Below are positions 55,973-64,000 of a stretch of DNA of 64,000 bases, piece by piece (within the stretch, counting starts at the first letter, position 1; each line of letters begins with the position of its first letter). This DNA comes from Amoebidium appalachense (taxonomy: Eukaryota > Protista > Ichthyosporea), in the NCBI GenBank assembly GCA_963693365.1, contig CAVNZM010000005.1, positions 10,749,728 through 10,813,727 of the forward strand, read 5' to 3'. The position numbers and the translations under genes are program-made. Under the pieces are notes generated by a model. That model was not told the DNA's origin. It made no database searches and was given only the letters and a program-made list of their open reading frames with translations.

Positions 55973-56185
55973 CGGCACATACGCCCATGGCCTTTGCCAT
56001 GTGATCAAGGAACACGTTAACGAGATAGTCTTTGTCCACGGCAAAATCCTGGGGGGGAAACAGAGTGTTTGAAAATGGCTTAATTCAAAAATACCTAAAG
56101 GAAAGCCAGAGGGAGAAAAGAGGGGGAAAGAAAAGGAAAAAGAACAGAAAAACACAGCATATCCCTCGAGATCAAGCCATACCCC

Positions 56186-56240
<55 letters not shown>

Positions 56241-56874
56241 ACACACACAACACAAACACAAACACACACCACCACCACCACCATCATTACCACCAACAAC
56301 AACCACCACCACCTAGCCCCACAAACAAAAGGGGGCCAAAAAACAAAAAACAAAAAACAAAAACAAAAAAAGAAAGAAAGAAAAAGAAAAGAAAAGAAAA
56401 GAAAAGAACAAAGAACAAGAATCAATCAACAAATTTCAGGTGACTCCAAGCAATGCAAGGATGAGCAAGATGGCTATCAAACGCCGCTGAATTGCTCCTC
56501 CCCAACACAACCAAGAGGGCGCTCTCCCTTTTGCCTTCGACTTCTTTCAGTCTTCCAACATCTGTCAATTCAAATCACCAACACAATAACTGCGGGCAGG
56601 ATACAGGAGGAATGGGGACAGGAGGGGGGGGGGGGGGGGGGGGGGGGGGGTAGGGATTGAGGTGTTATCTTCCTCTTTTTTCTCTTTTTTTTTTTGTGGG
56701 GGGAGAGAAGGGGGGGGGGGGGGGGGGGGGGGGGGGTCTGTTACCGTGTTGGCGTCTCCCCCCTTTGCTGGGTCCTGCATTAATAAAATGTGCACACGTC
56801 AGTTTACACACCACACGTGATCTTGCAAGTGGATTGCAGCCCCCCCCCCCCCTCCCCCCTCCCCCCTCCCCCCT

Positions 56875-56945
<71 letters not shown>

Positions 56946-57709
56946 ACACACACACACCCACCCACCCACCCACCACCACCACCACCATTCTAGTCCATCT
57001 CTCTTGGCATTACACTCAAACAAATCCACCGTTGTGCCTACATGCCCCTTAACAACATCAACCCACGTCCCCTCCTAAACCCAATGCTTTTTATACATGC
57101 ATGCCTCCTGACCTACACTAACCACATAAGGTGTATTGTGTCACCCCATGCCCCATACCTTTGGTGCGCACATACGCTGGGCCTGAGCATCAAACAGCTG
57201 CCGCAGCTTATCCAGTAGAAAAGGTTCCAACTGTGACAATGTATAAGTTACTGGGGTGGATATTTATGTGGCAGGCAGACCAGTAATAGTATGTAAGCAG
57301 TGTGAGGCATATCGGTAATAGTATGAATTTCAGGATGGGTGTATATATGTGAAACATGTCTTTAATGGTACAAGTTACCATTGCCGTTGTGGGTGAGGCA
57401 TAATAAGTACCATTGTATATATAAGTTTAGTCACTAATGGCAGTTTGTACAAGAACCATAGGAAAATGAATCCACTCCATTTGTAGTAACCGTGAATTCC
57501 GATATAAATCCATTACGTGCCAGATATATAGCGATCCATTCAAAATATCGACAGATTGTTTGGTATGTCTAGCTAAATCGGATACATTTACCAATATTCT
57601 TAGTGTCATTCTATATATATATATTTATATATATATGGTTTTGTGAGTAAAGGCGATGGTAGTACTGGGATAAACACGTTTGCGGGGGGGAAAATCCCCG
57701 TTGATGTGT

Positions 57710-57741
<32 letters not shown>

Positions 57742-57803
57742 AGGAGGGGGGGAGAGGGGGGGGGGGGGGGGGGGGCAGGGGGAAGTGGGGGGGGTTGGGG
57801 TAC

Positions 57804-57847
<44 letters not shown>

Positions 57848-58341
57848 GAATGCGGAACACGGCACGAAGTACGCATACACGATGAGAAGCATGGTGCAGG
57901 ACACATGCAAAGGCAACATTCAAGTATGCAATATCAGCAATGCCCACAGTATGCGTCATAAGCAGAGCCCATCCTCAGGGAGGGCCCAAGTCATCAATTG
58001 CGTCTGTGTTTCGACCCCTTAGCCCGCCCGCGTATATACGACGCTCCAACTCAGACAGCAGCATCAACTGAACTTGGGAGGGTCAACCCGTCTTGATCAA
58101 AGACGAGCAGGGTATGCAAGCAAGGTGAGCAAAACGGTGCAGATGTGTGTGCAAACTAATGCAGTGCAGCGAAAAATGCGTATGTGCTTACAAATGCACG
58201 ACAAAGAGCAACCATGCGCCGGGGGGGGGGGGGGGGGGGGGGGGGGGGACCTCTGGGAAGTCCAGATTGGAGATGTTTGTTACAAATCTTTCCATGGCTG
58301 TACAGAAGGCCTTGGTCGATGGGTGAAGCATCACCTGGTGT

Positions 58342-58381
<40 letters not shown>

Positions 58382-58883
58382 AGTGGATAGAGGCAGGCCA
58401 GGAAAAGTTCTTCGGGGAGAAGACTAGGCAAGAATGTAAGTAATGTTTGGCGCAACTGGGAAGAGTTCGTTTGTGTAGGGTTCTTAGTTTCTAACGTCGA
58501 AAGGTCAATAGATGGATGGTTGGTCGACGTCACCCGTTCTTCTCCTTAGTTTTTACACCCGGCGTTCACCTTCAATTGCACACAGTGACATGCACACAAA
58601 CACACACACACACACACGGTGGTACACACAACTATTGACACACATGCATGTAGCCGTGCATTCACGCGAGCGCCCAGGCCCTTCCCCATCGATTCCAATG
58701 CTCGCTTACCCCCAACCACCATTAGATTTCTTATACTCATCCCTCCCCTCTTCCTGTCTCCATTTCAACCACCATTACATGCTCACGAAATCAAACGTCA
58801 TGTCGGCTTAGCATACATGTAGGTACTCCAGAACATGCAGCACACATACATGTATACATGCACGCACACACACACGTGTGCAT

Positions 58884-58921
<38 letters not shown>

Positions 58922-58994
58922 ACACACGTACACGTACACACACGTACGTACACACGTACACACACACACACATACACACCCACCCACGTGTACA

Positions 58995-59077
<83 letters not shown>

Positions 59078-61407
59078 TACCGCCTGTGGTGTAGGTAGGG
59101 TTGTGTGCTTGTTTGTGTACGTGCTGTGCAAGTGCATCTCTACCTAGAAATACATCTACACATGCACGCGTATACTTCCTATCACCTCCATTGTTGGTAC
59201 AACATGCCGACCGGTACACATCCGTGTGTGTGGGCTTACGTAACCGTACGTGTGCACAGGTATCAACGTTCACATAACGTTCGTGTAGATGTGTAATCGT
59301 CGATGTGATCATGTCTACACGTACACAACCGTGTGCGTACACACACGCATGTACACGTACCCATGTGTACACACGTACAAATGCGTGTACACGTACACAG
59401 GCATGTACACTAACATGTACATGTGCACACGTATACATGTGTGTGAAAGCACGTGTTAAGTGCACATGTGTAACCACTACTCATACCATAAGGGTGGCGG
59501 TAGTACGCCGCCTGCGTAGATGTTAGGCGCTGCATGACTGCTGCATTTATTGCCTCCACCTCGGCATCCACCGCACCCATCAGGTGGGGCCGTACGTGTG
59601 TCTGAACAACATAATGCAGGTTCATCCCTACCTCCTCGAGCTGGGGGGAGGGGGGGGGGGGGGGAGGGGGGAAGGGGGCGGGGGGGGGGGGAGTTAGAGA
59701 GCATTACAGTCTAGCATGCTTCCATGCGCGTATCATGTACGTGTGTGTGGTGCACGTCAATGTGTGTGGGTGCACGTGCATGAGTTGTGGTGCGCGTGAA
59801 GTGGGTGCACGTGTATTTGTGCGCTTGTATGTGCATGTGTGGGTGCACGTGTATTTGTGCGCTTGTATGTGCATGTGTGGGTGCACGTGCATGCATGTTT
59901 TGTGCCCATTCACAGATGTGTGTGCACGTTCTTGAAGTGTGCACGCGTCCATTTATGTACACACCCATGCATATGGTTGTTGCACATCCATATGCCTACG
60001 CTTTCACGTGCATGTGTAGGTGTGTGCGTGCATGTTCCTGTGTGTCTCCACCCACCACGGCCATGTTTCTGCGTGCTGCGTCCAGTGACTCTGTCACCAC
60101 CGTCAGGTCTGTGCCGTGGAACACCTGAACAAAGCGTTAGTTAGCTTGGAAAAAAAAAAACATTACCCGAATATTGGGGGGGTGGGGGAGGGGGGGGGGA
60201 GGGGATGGGGGGAGGGGGAGGGAAGAGGGGGGGGGGGGGGGGGGGGGGGGAGGGAGGGGAGGGGATGTATGAGTAGTGTGGTGCGAGCGATGGTGGTGGT
60301 GATGGTTGGCGGAGGAGGGGGGGCGCACGGGGGGGAGGGTTTGAATGCGTCATAAAGTACGAAGTACACAAGAACAAACGGATAACACGATGCAGAATGC
60401 AAGCCATACATAAAGAGTATGCATAATAAGCAGAGCCCATCCTCAGGGGGGGCCCACGTCATCCACAGTACCCGAGTTTCGGGGGGGGGGGGGGGGGGGA
60501 GGGGGGGGGGCAGGAGAGGGGGGGGGGGGGGGGGGGGGGGGTGCTAGCACCATGACAGCACAGCAGAGATGATCACACACAACCTCCCCCCCGCCCCCTC
60601 CCCCCCCCCTCGCCTCGCCTGCACCCACTAAAAGCTCTCCCTCAAGCCACTGAGAGCACCCACACACTCGCCATGTTCTCCTTTAAGCTTCCCCACCCGT
60701 CGACCTCATGATCACACCCAGGATCCCCCCTTCTCACCCTCTCCGTACCTGCACACTCCTGCCCTCTCCCCCTCTAATCCGAAAGTTGGCCTCCTTCATA
60801 CTATCGTAATCCCCCTTACACCCTATTGACTTCTCCCCCCCCCCCCCCCCCCCCCCCCCCTCCCCCCCCCTCCCCTCCCCCCCCCCCTCGCAATATAGTA
60901 ATAAAAATTCCCACCCATTGAACCTGTTATAGCACCCATCCCCGTAACCCCTTCACCCTTTCTTAACTCTACAAAGACCCCACCCTATTTGTAATATGCG
61001 TGCCATTGAACACCGTCCTTCCTATCATGTAATTAACAATCACCACCACCATCAAATATCCCCCCCCCCCCCCCCCCCCTCCCCCTGCGCCCCCTTCCTC
61101 CTTTTGCCCCCTCCACTTCTTCACCCACCCACCCACCCATACCTACACACCACCCAAATACACACCCACAGGCACACACAACACCCCTCAAAGAGGGATA
61201 TTTATTACGGAGTATCAAAAATGAAAGAGGGAGGTTTGGTTTCAATCTTTGAAAGAAGTATAAAAACATAATGCAAGATCAACATTAAAAAAAAAAACCC
61301 CCCAAAACCCACCTGGCGAATGAAGATCTGCACGAAGTGTTGTACCTCCTTGACTGCCCACACCACAAACGCTGCAGCACACATCATCAGTAGGTGGCAC
61401 GGTATCC

Positions 61408-61501
<94 letters not shown>

Positions 61502-61512
61502 TGCGTGTGTAC

Positions 61513-61606
<94 letters not shown>

Positions 61607-62636
61607 ACGTGTGTGTGTGTGCACGTGTGTGTTTGTGTGCGTGTCTCCCGTACTCTCTCTCACCAACACACACACCCACACAAACACACACACACACACT
61701 CTCTCTCTCTCTCCCTTACTCCTCCCAACCTCCCTCCCCCCCCCCTCCTTTACGTACCATCTCTCTCTCTCTTACTCCCCCCCTCCCCCCCCCCCCACAC
61801 CCCCCTCTCTCTCTCCTCCCCTCCCTCCCTCCTTCCCTCTATCCGTCCCTTTCCCCCCCCCTCCCCTCAGAGTCCCCTCTAAGTCTCTCTCTCACTCTCT
61901 CTCTCTCTCTCACTCTCTCCCTCCCTCCCTCCCTCCCTCCCTCCCTCCCTCCCTCCCTCCCCCCTCTCTCTCTCTCTCTTGCTCTATTTCCCTCCTCTCG
62001 GTCTTTCCTTATTTCACTCCTCTCCCGCTTCCCCTTCCCTCTAGCCCTCCCACACACCCACCCACCCACCCTCTCCCCTCCTTCTTCGCATGAGTGTATG
62101 TGTATATGCGTATGTGTGGTTGTTTGTAGAGAGAGAGAGAGTACGTGTGTGTTGCGGGAGGTGGCGGTAGGCTGGGGTTAGGAGGGATGGATGGGGCCGG
62201 GGGAAGGGGGAGGGGGCAGGGAGGGGGGGGGGGGGGGGGTTATACCCGATCTGTCCTCGATATCAGCAAAACTTGCGAGGAATTCATCCATGACATTGCG
62301 CAGATTAGCAAAGACCATGCGAGACAGCTTGCTGATGTACATCTCAGTGGCACCCTCTACCTTAACACGCCTGCAGGCAGGAAATTATTGAGGGGGTATG
62401 TCTTTTCCTTTCTTTCGTTTTCTTTGCTGTCTCTCTGTTATTTCTACTGACTTTTTTTTCCACTAAGTTTATGTCTTCTCTTTTCCTTCCTTCTTTCTGT
62501 CATTCTCTCTTTCTAATACTTCTAATATTATTACTATTACTACTTTTAGAGTTGATGTGTTTTCTTTTCCTTCCTTCTTTCTCCCCCTCTCTTTCTCTTA
62601 CTACCCCGCCCCCCTCCTCCCCCCCCCCCTCCCCCC

Positions 62637-62703
<67 letters not shown>

Positions 62704-62798
62704 CGCGCGCGCGCGTGGATGGGTGGTTCTTTATGTGTGGATTGCGCACACATTTATGTGGGTGCATCCTTGCATGTGTGTTTGTGCAGGTATGTGGT

Positions 62799-62829
<31 letters not shown>

Positions 62830-62936
62830 TACTTAATGTCTCGTTTCAGGGCATCGCTCCTATTCTTGAGGAACATGTTGCGGGCCTGCACACACAAAGA
62901 GAGTCAGTCTTTGAGTGGTGGGTGGGCAGCCAGTCC

Positions 62937-62975
<39 letters not shown>

Positions 62976-63087
62976 AGGGGGGGGGGGAGAAGTGGGGCAT
63001 TTAGGCATGAAGGGGTGGGAGCCTGGAGGAAGAGAAATAAATCAGAGCTGCAAAACAGCAACTAAACAAGTGTGCCGGAAAGCTTTT

Positions 63088-63122
<35 letters not shown>

Positions 63123-63354
63123 GGTGTGTGTGTGTGGGGGGGGGGGGGGGGGGGGGGGGGGGGGTGCGTGTGTGTGCGTGTGCGTGTGCGTGTGTGTGTG
63201 TGTGTGTGCGTGTGTGTGTGTGCGCGCGCGCATGCGTGTGTGTTTGTGTGTGTGTGTGTGTGTGTCTGAGGGTCATGACGGTGGGGTGGTGATGGTGGTA
63301 ATGGTGGTGTTGGTGGTGGTGGCTTGGGGGGAGAGAGAGAGGGGAGAGGGGTGT

Positions 63355-63399
<45 letters not shown>

Positions 63400-63530
63400 G
63401 AGGGGGGGGGGGGGGGGGTTGACCTTGCTCGTCTGGCCCAGTTTAATGCAGAGTTGGATGGACTTTTGCATCGCCACATTCTTCATGTTGGGGTTTTGGA
63501 GCTCGTGAATGAGAATATCCGTGAGTTCCT
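55252..63530 (-). CDS. EXOC8: Exocyst component EXOC8/Exo84, 3' multi-exon part (5' end beyond the window; downstream exon limits approximate)
   Basis: Exons near 63423-63530 ([10 protein letters not shown]...CIKLGQTSK), 62833-62885 ([17 protein letters not shown]), 62243-62370 ([19 protein letters not shown]), 61313-61390 ([21 protein letters not shown]), 60050-60124 ([14 protein letters not shown]) and 59505-59628 (GMNLHYVV) follow the Exo84 C-terminal domain in order. Confidence 0.85.
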
Positions 63531-63606
<76 letters not shown>

Positions 63607-63703
63607 GGTGTGTGTGCATGTTTTGGTGTGTGTGTGTGTTGTGTGTGTGTGTGTCTGTGATCTGTGTGTGTCAGTGTGTGTGTGTGTGTCTGTGTGTACG
63701 TGT

Positions 63704-63740
<37 letters not shown>

Positions 63741-64000
63741 TGTGTGTGTGTGTGCGAGTGTGTGTGTGTGCGAGTGTGTGTGGGTGTGGGTGTGTGTGTG
63801 TGTGCGTGCGTGTGTGTGTGTGTGTGAGTGTGTGTGTGGGTGTGTGGGTGTGTGTGTGTGTGGTGTGTGTGTGGGTGAGTGTAGGTGGGTGGGTGAATGT
63901 GGGTGGGTGGAGGTGGGGGGGTTGAGTGAATATGCGCTTGTATGAGAGCTCGTACAGTGCCCCCGGTGTGCGCAGTGAATAAGAGAAACTGAGAGCGACC

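Noticed and set aside
57427-57609. AT-rich 60-aa ORF in an EXOC8 intron
   Set aside because: Short, no motif, no supporting context

Overview
Eukaryotic genomic DNA with long introns full of poly-C/G, (CA)n and (GA)n tracts. The Exo84 looks animal-like, so a unicellular holozoan host is plausible, but that is inference only. The centre of the window is a complete ~29.2 kb endogenous Polinton-like virus (9074-38276). It has ~430-470 bp terminal inverted repeats and a GTAAA target-site duplication. It encodes a frameshifted protein-primed PolB, an rve integrase, PLV-type major and minor capsid proteins, an A32-type packaging ATPase, a phage-type Dam methyltransferase, a giant-virus-type late transcription factor VLTF3, three proteins sharing an N-terminal fibre module, a ~7-TM protein and a candidate SSB. 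The virus sits inside one LTR of a non-autonomous Copia-type mini-retrotransposon (TRIM) array; that element has a half-tRNA-iMet primer site and a 13-bp minisatellite in each LTR. Flanking host genes are a DnaJ-domain gene (-), a small Cys-rich membrane protein (-), a 10-exon ALG2 (+) and the 3' part of EXOC8/Exo84 (-). All protein calls come from motif recognition by eye; no database searches were run.
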